From Spirochaetota bacterium (lineage in GTDB: Bacteria > Spirochaetota > Brachyspiria > Brachyspirales > JACRPF01), in NCBI GenBank assembly GCA_016214035.1, contig JACRPF010000004.1, positions 144,322 to 208,321 on the forward strand: a stretch of DNA of 64,000 nucleotides, in the 5' to 3' direction. Positions 43,698 through 54,921 of this stretch are shown one piece after another (within the stretch, counting starts at the first letter, position 1; the number at the start of each line of letters is the position of its first letter). The notes under the pieces are model-generated. The model was not told the DNA's origin. It searched no databases and saw nothing but the letters and a program-made list of their open reading frames with translations. Position numbers and translations under genes: made by a program.

Positions 43698-44774
43698 TCA
43701 ACCCGATTCCCGTTCAAACAACGTCAGCGGGATCTCATCAGCCCTCCCGAGCGTCTGATTTCGTTCAAGTTTCGTCTTCAGTAATTCCCTGAACGAACAC
43801 AGAATACGTTCATTATCCATTGCCACCGATGTAATGCCCGGCGTGAAAAACATCGCTTCCGGCTGATTTTCACGGCCGATGATACGCACATCCGTTCCCG
43901 GCGTTCTGCCGAGCGCGCGCATGGCGAGCAGCACGCCCATCGCCATATGATCGTTTGTGGTGATGACCGCATCGCATACGGCGAACTGCTTCTGTTCCTG
44001 CAGTACGGTGTTGTACGCCGTCCGTATTTCAGACTGTATCCGGAGATCATCGGGTAAAGGCTCAATGATGACAGCCCCGTTCAATGCGGTGTGTGATTCC
44101 ATATAGCCGTTGAACACATCGATAAGCCTGTCGTTCACCGTATTCCAGTCTGTCCCGCGACGGGCCCGCACATTCCATGTGGAAAGATAGCATATGTTCC
44201 GCGATTGTTTGACGGCAAGATGCTCAAGCGACATCGCCATCGCGTTCTCCATGAGGCAGTAGATGCTGTCGACATCGGCCGACGGCCTGCCCTCTTCCGT
44301 GATGAACACGAGCGGTATATTGCGCCTGTCGCATACCTCGATGAGCATCGCGTCGCATTTCCCGAACACGATGACTGCCTCGGCGTCGATGACCGCATCG
44401 CGCCAGGAAGCCGCGTTCGTCCGGTCAGGCACGTTGCGCACTACGAGCTCAGCGGCAAAGTGCTCCGCCGTTGTCTCGGCAAGCCGTGCCAGCATTTCCG
44501 ATATATGCGGTACCGAGTATACCCGTGCAGGCGTTTGCTCCGTGTACGATCCGAAGATAAAAACGAACCTGCGCGGGGCTGTCCGTTTGCCGCCCATCAT
44601 GCTCGATGCCGCGTCCGGCCGGAAGTTATGCCGCTGAATCGCCGCACGCACCGCCGCCCTGGTCCGGTCGCTCATCGGGAATGTGGATGTGCCGTTCAGG
44701 TAATTCGATACCGTGCGGAGCGATACTCCCGCCTCTTCGGCTATGGTCTTTATACTGACGCGCGGGCGTTCCAT
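43698..44774 (-). CDS. LacI-family transcriptional regulator
   Basis: N-terminal HTH VSIKTIAEEAGVSLRTVSNYLNG plus a periplasmic-binding-fold effector domain. Confidence 0.88.
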   Translation of the reverse strand: MERPRVSIKTIAEEAGVSLRTVSNYLNGTSTFPMSDRTRAAVRAAIQRHNFRPDAASSMMGGKRTAPRRFVFIFGSYTEQTPARVYSVPHISEMLARLAETTAEHFAAELVVRNVPDRTNAASWRDAVIDAEAVIVFGKCDAMLIEVCDRRNIPLVFITEEGRPSADVDSIYCLMENAMAMSLEHLAVKQSRNICYLSTWNVRARRGTDWNTVNDRLIDVFNGYMESHTALNGAVIIEPLPDDLRIQSEIRTAYNTVLQEQKQFAVCDAVITTNDHMAMGVLLAMRALGRTPGTDVRIIGRENQPEAMFFTPGITSVAMDNERILCSFRELLKTKLERNQTLGRADEIPLTLFERESG

Positions 44775-44775
44775 C

Positions 44776-46974
44776 TTACTTGCGTATGGTGATCCCGGCC
44801 ATGCTGTGTTTCGGCAGATCGATGTTCAGCGCACCGCCCGAAGACGACACCGTATATTTTTCAATGCTTACCGGCTTCACCGCCTCATTCCATCCGGCGA
44901 AGTTCTGCGTATCAAGCGCATCGCCGAACATGAGCGACACTGCGGCCTGAGACGCTTTGGTCTGCCAGCGCACACGGTTTGCATTATCGGAGTCGAGGTT
45001 TATCGCGACCAAATATCTGTTCGTTGCGTCTTCCGATGCGAAGAGATACACCGCCGGAATCTGCTCGCCGTCAATCGACAGCATCGGCATGCCGGACGTA
45101 CGCACCGCGGCGCGCATCGTTCCGGTGTGATTTCCCCATACGCGAAGTCCGAGCATCGCGGGATGCTCCAGCGGCTCGCCTTTCGCCAATTCCTTTCTCG
45201 TCCAATACCAGAGCGTCTGCATATCACCGAGCGAATGTGCTACCGCGATCTCATTACGGGCGTCCTCGAGCAGTCTGCCGAAATAGTACGCCATGTTGAT
45301 GCCGTTGCCGAGCATATAGTAATACCCCTGCTCCGGCTTCACCTTGCCGCTGCCGCCGGGGACCGAATATCCGAAATTGCACGCCCATTCCGTGACCGCG
45401 ATGCGCGCGGGCGACGAATATTTTTCAATTGACGCATATTGCGTGTGCATCTTCTCGTTCTTCCACAGCTTGACGGTGGTCTCAAGATATTTCTGCTTCG
45501 CGTCGCCGCTGTCATTCGTGCTGCTCACATAGGGATGCGGCGCGATATAATCAAAGCTTCCCGCCGCAATCGTGAAAAGCGCGTCATACCATTCCGCGGG
45601 AGTATTGGATACCGCGGTACGCGGCTTCCACGAGGGATCGCTTTTGCTGAAATCAAGCCACGACGACGGGTCGAACACTCTCGTTTTTTCCGATAATCCG
45701 CACGCGATTATCTTTATCGACGGGTCCACCGCACGCATCGCTTTGGCATATTCAACGACATACCGGGCATACTCTTTACCGAACAGCCAGATCCACACTT
45801 CATTGCCGATCTCCCAGTATTTCACATTCCACTTGTTCTTGATGTTCGCATCATAAACCCACTCAGCCGCCCGTTTCGCGCCCAGACGTATCGCTTCGAT
45901 GTCATTGGGGTTTATCCTGTTCGCCGTGCGGTCGACGCTCAGCGTGTTCACCTGGAATATCGCCTCAGACCCGATCGCGCCGCATATCCTCATGAAATCA
46001 TCGGGCTTGATGATGGTGTCCGCGCTGCCGACGCTGAAATAGCCGGACTTCGGATCGTTCCAGATATAATGATCGCATACGGTGCCGCCGGGATAGCGGA
46101 GCATGCGTATCGGTACGCTTTTCCATGTGCGCAGGAGGTCATCGCTTTTCATCCGCTGACGTATGCCGGACTGGAACATCTCAAATTGACTGCCCGATAT
46201 CATATGTATCGGCTGCATCCCCGACGTTACCGTCACCGTCACTTCGGCCTTCGGCGTCACCGCCGATATTTTCTTTTTAGACGCGTCGGCCTGCGCTGCT
46301 ATCTTCGCGCATCCGTCGGCATACTGTGACGCGGCATCGTCAGCGCTCAGTGCCTTTGCAAAGACCATCACCTCGTCGATGAATCCCGAAAATCCCGCCG
46401 TACCCGACGCATCGAATGCGCCGATGGTGAGATTCGCTTTCGATGGAGCGATCGTCCCGGGCCGGGCAAGTGTTCCGGCTTCTACGCCGTTAATAAAGAT
46501 CCTCATCTCGCTGCCGTCATACGTGCAAACGACATGATTCCATTCACCGGTATTTAACCCGGTCGATGCGGTCAGCAGAATTCCCCACGGCTTATCCGCC
46601 GATGGTATCTGCCAGGTAATGCGGTTTCCATCGATTTTAATGCGATACCCGTCTTTTCCGCTCGACGTCTTTGCAATCAGCTGTTTGTCATTCTGATCGG
46701 CAGCGGTACTTTTAAGCCACAACGCAATTGACAGCGGTGCTGCGTTAAGCTCATCCGTACTTTTCACGGCAACCGATGATTTCCCGTTGAACAGGAGCGC
46801 TTTGCCTACCGCGCCGCTTACCCACTGCGTCCCGGTAATCGTACCGCTTATGGTACCGCCTGATGCCGCTGTTCCCGAGCCTTCATCAAACGAAAAGTGC
46901 ATCAGCGGTTCAACCGCATGGCTGAGTACAGCAAAACAAAGCATCATCATTGCGGTGAAAAGTACTTTTTTCAT
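44776..46974 (-). CDS. Secreted LamG/concanavalin-like lectin domain + clan GH-A (TIM-barrel) glycoside hydrolase
   Basis: Signal peptide. Laminin_G_3-like segment (..SIALWLK..FDASGTAGFSGFIDEVMVFAKALS). A catalytic-type VKYWEIGNEVW motif as in the GH51/GH39/GH30-type families. The family is not resolved. Confidence 0.6.
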   Translation of the reverse strand: MKKVLFTAMMMLCFAVLSHAVEPLMHFSFDEGSGTAASGGTISGTITGTQWVSGAVGKALLFNGKSSVAVKSTDELNAAPLSIALWLKSTAADQNDKQLIAKTSSGKDGYRIKIDGNRITWQIPSADKPWGILLTASTGLNTGEWNHVVCTYDGSEMRIFINGVEAGTLARPGTIAPSKANLTIGAFDASGTAGFSGFIDEVMVFAKALSADDAASQYADGCAKIAAQADASKKKISAVTPKAEVTVTVTSGMQPIHMISGSQFEMFQSGIRQRMKSDDLLRTWKSVPIRMLRYPGGTVCDHYIWNDPKSGYFSVGSADTIIKPDDFMRICGAIGSEAIFQVNTLSVDRTANRINPNDIEAIRLGAKRAAEWVYDANIKNKWNVKYWEIGNEVWIWLFGKEYARYVVEYAKAMRAVDPSIKIIACGLSEKTRVFDPSSWLDFSKSDPSWKPRTAVSNTPAEWYDALFTIAAGSFDYIAPHPYVSSTNDSGDAKQKYLETTVKLWKNEKMHTQYASIEKYSSPARIAVTEWACNFGYSVPGGSGKVKPEQGYYYMLGNGINMAYYFGRLLEDARNEIAVAHSLGDMQTLWYWTRKELAKGEPLEHPAMLGLRVWGNHTGTMRAAVRTSGMPMLSIDGEQIPAVYLFASEDATNRYLVAINLDSDNANRVRWQTKASQAAVSLMFGDALDTQNFAGWNEAVKPVSIEKYTVSSSGGALNIDLPKHSMAGITIRK

Positions 46975-47056
46975 AAAATCACCTTGAATTTGATATATGT
47001 ATAACGTTATAAATTATACGCAAATAAATCCAATCTGTCAAGGTATTCGGCAATGA

Positions 47057-48424
47057 TCAACTGTATTCCGACTCAATGACCTGCATAAACCGCCATTTTC
47101 CCTGAAGAAAACGGACGAGTATCACAAAGAACAGAAGGATTATATAGGCGACTATAAGCCAGAATGTCATTTCAAGTCCGAGGCGGAACTTTAAGATAAT
47201 AAAATACGCCGGCAGCACCAGAAAGAGCGGCGCGGATACACTTGTTGCCACCATGATAAAGAACGTATCTCCGGCGCTCCTGAGTACCGACATAAGCGTC
47301 ATAAGTACCGCGTTGAACAGCACCCAGGCTGCCACAATGCGTATCAGCGGCAGCGCCAGCGCCTGAACCGCGGCAAAGCTGCTGTCGTTCGGGTTATTGA
47401 ACGGCATGATAAACAGTCCCGGCACGACGATGAATAATGCGGCCAGTACGGCGTTGAATCCGAGCGCCACCGCAATCCCTTTCCGGGTTACGCGCCAGAC
47501 GTTATCGGGACGCTTTGCCCCCATTTCCTGACCGGCGATGATACCCACACCGCTCGCGAGCCCCATTACCGGCATGAAGGCGATCATTTCAATATTGAAC
47601 GCTATGCTCGCCGCCGCCATCGCATTACGGCCGGTCTGTTCGATGAACATGATGAATATTCCCCAGCCGCCGATATCGATGAAGTTCTGAAGCGCCGAAG
47701 GGAATCCGAAATACAAAAGCTTTTTCATCATCGCCCCGTCGAACTGCATCGCCTGTGTCGTATAGGCCATGGTGCGGTAATGCCTGTTGAAAAAGAACGC
47801 CGCGTGGAACAGGAGATTGGCGGCCGACGCTATCAGTGTTGCAACACCGGCGCCGGTAACGCCGTGCAGCGGAATACCGAAAAGCCCGTTGATGCAGATA
47901 TAGGCCAGCACCGCGTTCAGGACGTTTGCCGCGATATTAGCCGCCATCGGAATGCGCGTCTCTCCGCGGCCGTTGAAAAACCCGCCGATGCAGACGGTCA
48001 CCATGCTCACGATATTGGCACCCATGGTGAGATAAAAGTAGTTCTGTGCGAGCACGATTGTCGCATGCGGACGCCCCTCGGTTGCCAGCAGCTTAACCGC
48101 GAAGGGTGATGCGATGAGGAGAATGACCCCGGCCGCGAACGAGAAATATATCCCCTGCCATACGGCACGTGCGGCATCCTTCGGACGATCGGCGCCGTAA
48201 TATTGCGCCACGAGCGACGGCACATACCAGCCGATGCCGATGAAAAGCGTCGCCACCGTGAACGAGAGCATTCCGCCGGGCATGGCGACGCTGAAATCCT
48301 CAAGACTGTAGCGTGAAAGGAACACGCGGTCGAGGAACATCATCAGATTGCCTGAGAGCGTGGATATGACCGCGGGGACGGATATGCGCAGAATGCGTGA
48401 TAGTGCTGTCGGATCTTTGTTCAT
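47057..48424 (-). CDS. MATE-family efflux transporter
   Basis: About 12 TM helices and a MATE-type N-terminus (ILRISVPAVISTLSGNLMMFLDRVFLSRYS). Confidence 0.85.
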   Translation of the reverse strand: MNKDPTALSRILRISVPAVISTLSGNLMMFLDRVFLSRYSLEDFSVAMPGGMLSFTVATLFIGIGWYVPSLVAQYYGADRPKDAARAVWQGIYFSFAAGVILLIASPFAVKLLATEGRPHATIVLAQNYFYLTMGANIVSMVTVCIGGFFNGRGETRIPMAANIAANVLNAVLAYICINGLFGIPLHGVTGAGVATLIASAANLLFHAAFFFNRHYRTMAYTTQAMQFDGAMMKKLLYFGFPSALQNFIDIGGWGIFIMFIEQTGRNAMAAASIAFNIEMIAFMPVMGLASGVGIIAGQEMGAKRPDNVWRVTRKGIAVALGFNAVLAALFIVVPGLFIMPFNNPNDSSFAAVQALALPLIRIVAAWVLFNAVLMTLMSVLRSAGDTFFIMVATSVSAPLFLVLPAYFIILKFRLGLEMTFWLIVAYIILLFFVILVRFLQGKWRFMQVIESEYS

Positions 48425-48440
48425 ACATTTACCGGATACA

Positions 48441-48478
48441 AGAAACCGCAGGCGCAGTCACGGGGACCACGCCTGCGG
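48441..48478 (-). terminator. Possible intrinsic terminator downstream of eno
   Basis: CCGCAGGCG (48446..48454) pairs with CGCCTGCGG (48470..48478). On the minus strand the stem is followed by TTTCTTGT. Confidence 0.45.
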
Positions 48479-48518
48479 CGTCATTTTTCTGTTATGCCGC
48501 CGGGCGGCGACTCACATT

Positions 48519-49856
<1,338 letters not shown>

Positions 49857-49964
49857 TCATAGTTTACAGGAAAGCTCAATCGCCGGCAAAAATATTTCAT
49901 TGCTTTAATCGAACTCATGCCCTATACTTTCATGGTGAACGCACGGCAAAAAGAGGGCATCATC

Positions 49965-51578
49965 ATGAAATCGAAAATTCCCGCCTGGCTCGCATCGGCC
50001 GTTTTTTACGAGATCTATCCGCAGTCATTCTACGACGCCAACGGCGACGGCATCGGCGATATCGCGGGCATCATCGGCAAACTCGACCACGTGAAGTCGC
50101 TCGGCGCGAACGCCATCTGGCTCAACCCCTGTTTCACATCGCCCTTTCAGGACGCAGGGTATGACATTTCTGATTTTTATTCAGTAGATCCCCGCTACGG
50201 CACCAACGAGGATCTCCGGCGGCTCTTCTCCTCCGCAAAAGAAAAGGGCATACGCGTTATTCTGGACCTCGTGGCCGGACATACATCGGTTGAGCATCCG
50301 TGGTTCAAGGAATCCGCGCGCGCGACCAAAAATAAATATTCAAACTGGTACATCTGGACCGACAGCGTCTGGCACGGCGGAAGCGGACACGCCACCGTGA
50401 ACGGCTACGGCGAACGCGACGGCAATTATCTCACAAACTTCTTCTGGTTCCAGCCCGCGCTCAATTACGGTTTCGCCAAACCGGACCCGAAATGTCCCTG
50501 GCAGCTTCCCGTGACGCACCCCGACGTGAAAGCGGTCCGCGCCGAACTGAAAAACATCATGCGCTTCTGGCTCGACATGGGCGCGAGCGGTTTCCGCGTG
50601 GACATGGCCGCGTCGCTCGTGAAAGGCGACCAGGATAAAAAAGCGGTAAGCTCGTTCTGGCATGAAGTACGCGCCATGTTCGACAGGAATTATCCCGATG
50701 CGGTGCTCGTGTCCGAGTGGGGCTCGCCAGAACAGGCCATACCCGCGGGCTTCCATATGGATTTCACGATACACTGCGGTTCACTCGGCAAGGCGTACAC
50801 ATCGCTCCTGCGCAATGACCCGGGCAGCAACGTGTTCCCGGTGAACGGCGTGAGCTTTTTCAACCGCTCCGGAAAGGGCGATATCACCGCGTTCCTCAAG
50901 GATTATCTCGCCGTACACGCAAAGATAAAAAGCAAAGGCCACATCTCCATCCCCACCGGCAATCACGACCTGCCGCGCATATCGTTCAACCGCAATCACC
51001 GGGACTGCGAATTGATATTCGCGTTCCTGCTCACCATGCCCGGCGTCCCGTTCATCTACTACGGAGACGAGATAGGCCTTGCGCAGCAGTCCGACCTTAC
51101 GTCGAAAGAGGGCGGCTATAACCGCACCGGCGCACGGACGCCGATGCAGTGGAACAACGGCAAAAACGCCGGGTTCTCCCGCGCCGATGAAAAATCGATC
51201 TATCTCCCCGTCGACAATAAAAAGGGCCGGCCCTCCGTTGAGGAACAGGAGCACGACCGCTCATCGCTCCTCAATAAGATACGCGTGCTCTCGGAACTCC
51301 GGCACACAAACCCTGCGCTCGCATCCGACGGGGAACTGACCATCGTCTACGCAAAACAGAAGACCTATCCGCTCATCTATCTTCGTGCGGACGAACATGG
51401 CCGTTTCCTCATCGCGATAAATCCTTCACAGAAACCGGTATCACTGAAACTGCGCACCGCGAAAATTAAACAGATACGCGAATGCGTCATCGACCGCGGA
51501 GCGATTATATCCATGAAAAAAGGCACCTGCTCGTTCTCCATGCGGGGTGTGTCATACGGCGTATATAAGATCGAATAG
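49965..51578 (+). CDS. GH13 alpha-amylase-family glycosidase (alpha-glucosidase / oligo-1,6-glucosidase-like)
   Basis: ATG after AGAGGG inside ORF 49917..51578. Conserved regions VILDLVAGHTS, GFRVDMA, VSEWG and TGNHD. Confidence 0.85.
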   Translation: MKSKIPAWLASAVFYEIYPQSFYDANGDGIGDIAGIIGKLDHVKSLGANAIWLNPCFTSPFQDAGYDISDFYSVDPRYGTNEDLRRLFSSAKEKGIRVILDLVAGHTSVEHPWFKESARATKNKYSNWYIWTDSVWHGGSGHATVNGYGERDGNYLTNFFWFQPALNYGFAKPDPKCPWQLPVTHPDVKAVRAELKNIMRFWLDMGASGFRVDMAASLVKGDQDKKAVSSFWHEVRAMFDRNYPDAVLVSEWGSPEQAIPAGFHMDFTIHCGSLGKAYTSLLRNDPGSNVFPVNGVSFFNRSGKGDITAFLKDYLAVHAKIKSKGHISIPTGNHDLPRISFNRNHRDCELIFAFLLTMPGVPFIYYGDEIGLAQQSDLTSKEGGYNRTGARTPMQWNNGKNAGFSRADEKSIYLPVDNKKGRPSVEEQEHDRSSLLNKIRVLSELRHTNPALASDGELTIVYAKQKTYPLIYLRADEHGRFLIAINPSQKPVSLKLRTAKIKQIRECVIDRGAIISMKKGTCSFSMRGVSYGVYKIE

Positions 51579-51644
51579 CCCCGCGCATCATCGCTCTTGT
51601 GAAACCCTGTTGCACTTGCCTGCTTTTTCTGGTATAGTAACTCT

Positions 51645-52241
51645 ATGAAAAATCTGATATTGTTCGCGCTCGCGTCACTTCCGCTCATTGCCGGGTCGCT
51701 TGATAAAACATACATCAACGATGTGGCGAAAATAGCTGAAAAGGATTTCGGCTATAAACTCAACACCTACATGATCATCGTCAGCGTTGATGCACAGTCG
51801 ATGTATGTCATCAAAGACAAAAAGCTCTTTACCAACTACCGTGTTTCCACATCAAGCTACGGCGAAGGCAGTAAAAAGCGGAGCTTCAAGACCCCTTTGG
51901 GATTTCACGCCGTCAAAGACAAGATAGGCGCCGGAGCGAAAAAAGGCATGGTATTTGAAAACCAGAAAGCGACCGGCCGCATCTCCCCCATATTCTACGA
52001 TGACACGAACGTCGAGGTCGACCCCGTACTCACCCGCGTCATGCCGCTTGACGGGCTAGAACCGGAACGCAACAAGGACGGCGATGTGGACTCATACAGC
52101 CGCGGCATCTATATACACGGCACGCATGAAGAAGGGCTGCTCGGACGGAAGGCCTCGCACGGCTGCATACGCATGAAAAATGACGACGTGATATATCTTT
52201 TCAATCTTATCCCCGTGGGAACTATCGTCTATATACGATGA
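51645..52241 (+). CDS. L,D-transpeptidase (YkuD domain)
   Basis: Signal peptide and the catalytic motif IHGTHEEGLLGRKASHGCIRM. Confidence 0.85.
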   Translation: MKNLILFALASLPLIAGSLDKTYINDVAKIAEKDFGYKLNTYMIIVSVDAQSMYVIKDKKLFTNYRVSTSSYGEGSKKRSFKTPLGFHAVKDKIGAGAKKGMVFENQKATGRISPIFYDDTNVEVDPVLTRVMPLDGLEPERNKDGDVDSYSRGIYIHGTHEEGLLGRKASHGCIRMKNDDVIYLFNLIPVGTIVYIR

Positions 52242-52266
52242 AAATACACGGCACAGTGATACCATA

Positions 52267-53724
52267 ATGAAAAACACAAAAGACTTTATTGAACTTCTGA
52301 AGAAAAACGGCGAGATTGTCATCATCGACGCTCCGGCGTCGGCGCATCTTGAGATACCGGCACTCGCGGAAAAGATGATGAAGAAACCCGCTGGCGGCAA
52401 GGCGATGCTCTTCACGAATGTTGAAGGTACGCGCATGCCCGTGGCCGTCAATCTCTTCGGCTCAAAACGGCGGCTCGCTCTCGCGTTCGGCGTTGACGAT
52501 CTCAAAGAGATACCCGACCGCATCCGCAAACTCATCGGTCTCACCAAGAACACCGGCGGACTTACCAACATACTTTCACTCCTCGGCGAGGCGAAAGGCC
52601 TCATGCATGTACCGCCCAAAAAAGTGGACGGCGGTTATTGTCAGGAGATTATCAAGCGCGACGACGCGGCATCGCTCGACGACGTACCCATACTCCACTG
52701 CTGGGAGGGCGACGGCGGACCGTTCATAACGCTCCCGATGGTGATAACCAAAAGCCCGCGTGACGGCATCTACAACATGGGCATGTACCGTATGCAGAAG
52801 TTCGACGCAAAGACCACCGGCATGCACTGGCATCGTCATAAAGTGGGCGCACGGCATTATCGCGAACACAAGGAGATGGGCATCAAGCGTATGCCCGTAT
52901 GCGTAGCCATCGGAGGATCGCCCGCGCTCATCTACTCGTCTACCGCACCGCTGCCTCCGCAGATCGACGAATATGCGTTCACCGGTTTTCTGCAGGACGA
53001 GAATGTCCGCATCACCAAAGCGGTCACCAACGACCTCATGGTCCCCGCAGACGCCGAGATAATCCTTGAGGGCTATGTGGACACCGAAGAACCGTACCGC
53101 CGCGAGGGACCGTTCGGCGACCACACCGGCTATTATTCGCTTGCCGACGATTACCCCGTGTTTCATCTCACGGCAATAACCACGTGCAAGAATCCCGTAT
53201 ACCCGGCAACCGTGGTGGGTGTTCCGCCGATGGAGGATTACTATTTCGGCCACATGACGGAACGCATCTTCCTCCCGATACTGCAGATAATGCTCCCGGA
53301 GATCGTCGAGTACGCGATGCCGTCATGGGGTGTATTCCACAATTTCGTTTTTGTTTCCATAAAAAAGGAATTCCCGTCACACGCCAAGAAAGTCATCTAC
53401 GGCCTCTGGGGACTCGGCATGATGATGCTCACCAAGGTCATCGTGGTCGTGGATGCCGACGTGAACGTGCATGACGACCATGAAGCGCTCTGGGTAACGC
53501 TCAACAACATTGACCCGAAACGCGACCTGGTCTTCGGCGAAGGACCGCTTGATGAGCTCGATCACGCGGCACCCATCGCAGCCGTCGGCGGCAAGCTCGG
53601 CATCGACGGTACACGCAAATGGCCCAATGAGGCGAATGTCCGCGAATACCCGGATAAACTTGCCCGAAGTGAATCGTTCATGAATGATCTGCGGAAAAAG
53701 TGGAACCATCTCGGTCTTTTCTGA
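52267..53724 (+). CDS. UbiD-family (prenyl-FMN dependent) decarboxylase, menaquinone/ubiquinone-type
   Basis: Full-length UbiD-like pattern (..GGPFITLPMVITK..GMYRMQ..HWHRHK.., ..GPFGDHTGYY..). Confidence 0.8.
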   Translation: MKNTKDFIELLKKNGEIVIIDAPASAHLEIPALAEKMMKKPAGGKAMLFTNVEGTRMPVAVNLFGSKRRLALAFGVDDLKEIPDRIRKLIGLTKNTGGLTNILSLLGEAKGLMHVPPKKVDGGYCQEIIKRDDAASLDDVPILHCWEGDGGPFITLPMVITKSPRDGIYNMGMYRMQKFDAKTTGMHWHRHKVGARHYREHKEMGIKRMPVCVAIGGSPALIYSSTAPLPPQIDEYAFTGFLQDENVRITKAVTNDLMVPADAEIILEGYVDTEEPYRREGPFGDHTGYYSLADDYPVFHLTAITTCKNPVYPATVVGVPPMEDYYFGHMTERIFLPILQIMLPEIVEYAMPSWGVFHNFVFVSIKKEFPSHAKKVIYGLWGLGMMMLTKVIVVVDADVNVHDDHEALWVTLNNIDPKRDLVFGEGPLDELDHAAPIAAVGGKLGIDGTRKWPNEANVREYPDKLARSESFMNDLRKKWNHLGLF

Positions 53725-53780
53725 CAGCACGACGTTGACTTTGATGATGCTATTTCACATATTTTAAGGGGAGTTACATT

Positions 53781-54344
53781 ATGAGAAGAATGACATTCAC
53801 ACTTATCGCGATCATTTCCGTATTCGCATTGGCCGCAGCAAAGGAGAAACCGATGAAAACGATCTATGATTTTACCGTCAAGAACATCGACGGCAAAGAG
53901 GTATCGCTCGCCGACTTTAAAGGGAAAACAGTGCTTATCGTGAACGTCGCCAGCAAGTGCGGTTTTACGCCGCAGTATGAAGGGCTGGAAAAGATATATA
54001 AAAAGTATCAGGCCAAAGGTTTCACGGTAATCGGCTTTCCGGCGAACAATTTCATGTGGCAGGAACCGGCCGATGAAGGCGAGATTAAAAAGTTCTGCAC
54101 CCTGAATTACGGCGTTACCTTCCCGATGATGTCGAAGATCTCGGTAAAAGGTGCCGACATACATCCGCTCTATGCTTTCCTTACATCAAAGGCAGACAAC
54201 CCGAAGTTCAGCGGCGATATCGGATGGAATTTCACGAAGTTCCTAATCGCAAAAGACGGCACCATTGCCGCTCGTTTTGAATCGAAGATCACGCCTGAAA
54301 GTGCGGAGCTTATTGGAAAGGTTGAGGAGCAGTTGGGACGCTGA
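53781..54344 (+). CDS. Glutathione peroxidase-family protein (possibly exported)
   Basis: IYDFTVKNIDGKEVSLADFKGKTVLIVNVASKCGFT and WNFTKFLI. The 24-aa N-terminal extension looks like a signal peptide (..ALAAA|KE). An alternative start at 53853 follows AAGGAGAA. Confidence 0.85.
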   Translation: MRRMTFTLIAIISVFALAAAKEKPMKTIYDFTVKNIDGKEVSLADFKGKTVLIVNVASKCGFTPQYEGLEKIYKKYQAKGFTVIGFPANNFMWQEPADEGEIKKFCTLNYGVTFPMMSKISVKGADIHPLYAFLTSKADNPKFSGDIGWNFTKFLIAKDGTIAARFESKITPESAELIGKVEEQLGR

Positions 54345-54397
54345 ACGCGCCCCTTCTGGTGCTTCGTTCTCCGCTACACACACATATACGGCTGCAT

Positions 54398-54585
54398 GGT
54401 CGCTTCGATACTTCGACTACGCTCAGCACAAGTACGCGAGATATGCTACTCAGCGACCGGTTTGGACTAATACGATGTGTAAACCGGTCACTGAGTAGGC
54501 CGAGCGCAAGCCGTAGGACATGGATACCCCTGGGCGAGCGGCGGCAAGGATGCCTCATAGCGAGCGAGGCCGTATCGAAGTGACC
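54398..54585. other. 188-nt non-coding unit closed by a 14-bp terminal helix (structured RNA or MITE-like element)
   Basis: GGTCGCTTCGATAC (54398..54411) pairs with GTATCGAAGTGACC (54572..54585) with one G-U. An inner 15-bp hairpin (54449..54463 / 54481..54495) has one mismatch. GAGCG-containing motifs occur three times. Confidence 0.45.
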
Positions 54586-54640
54586 GCGTTTGTATACTGC
54601 CCCGAAACATGACAGCAGTTTGCGGATGTGTTTGATTCAA

Positions 54641-54655
54641 GGGGGGGGGGGGGGG
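54641..54655. repeat. Homopolymeric G15 tract in non-coding DNA
   Basis: 15 consecutive G, followed by ATTAAGGGG, TTGACC (54665..54670) and TTGACA (54680..54685). Confidence 0.9.
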
Positions 54656-54921
54656 ATTAAGGGGTTGACCCACGTATTTTTGACAAGTACTCATGAGCCA
54701 ATGGCATTAACATTAATAGCCGCTATTCGGAGCCCTGAGTTGGCCAGGACGCTTTTTTTTTGCGAGCCTACCGCCAGAATATGCAGCATATTTGTCCATA
54801 CAGAATGTGACATTTCAAATCGGAGCAATATGGTTAATCTTGAGGATGAAAAAGAATATGAAACACTGCAGCGCATAAAATAAACCGAAAGAAACCCGCC
54901 GAATAAAAAGAATAACCCTTA

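Noticed and set aside
54590-54883. 97-aa ORF spanning the G15 tract (translating it as GGGGG), and the minus-strand 68-aa ORF that reads it as PPPPP.
   Set aside because: There are no SD sequences or motifs, and the composition is dictated by the homopolymer and the structured region. These were treated as non-coding. Only the 17-codon mini-ORF at 54830..54883 has an SD-like GGAG, and it remains speculative.
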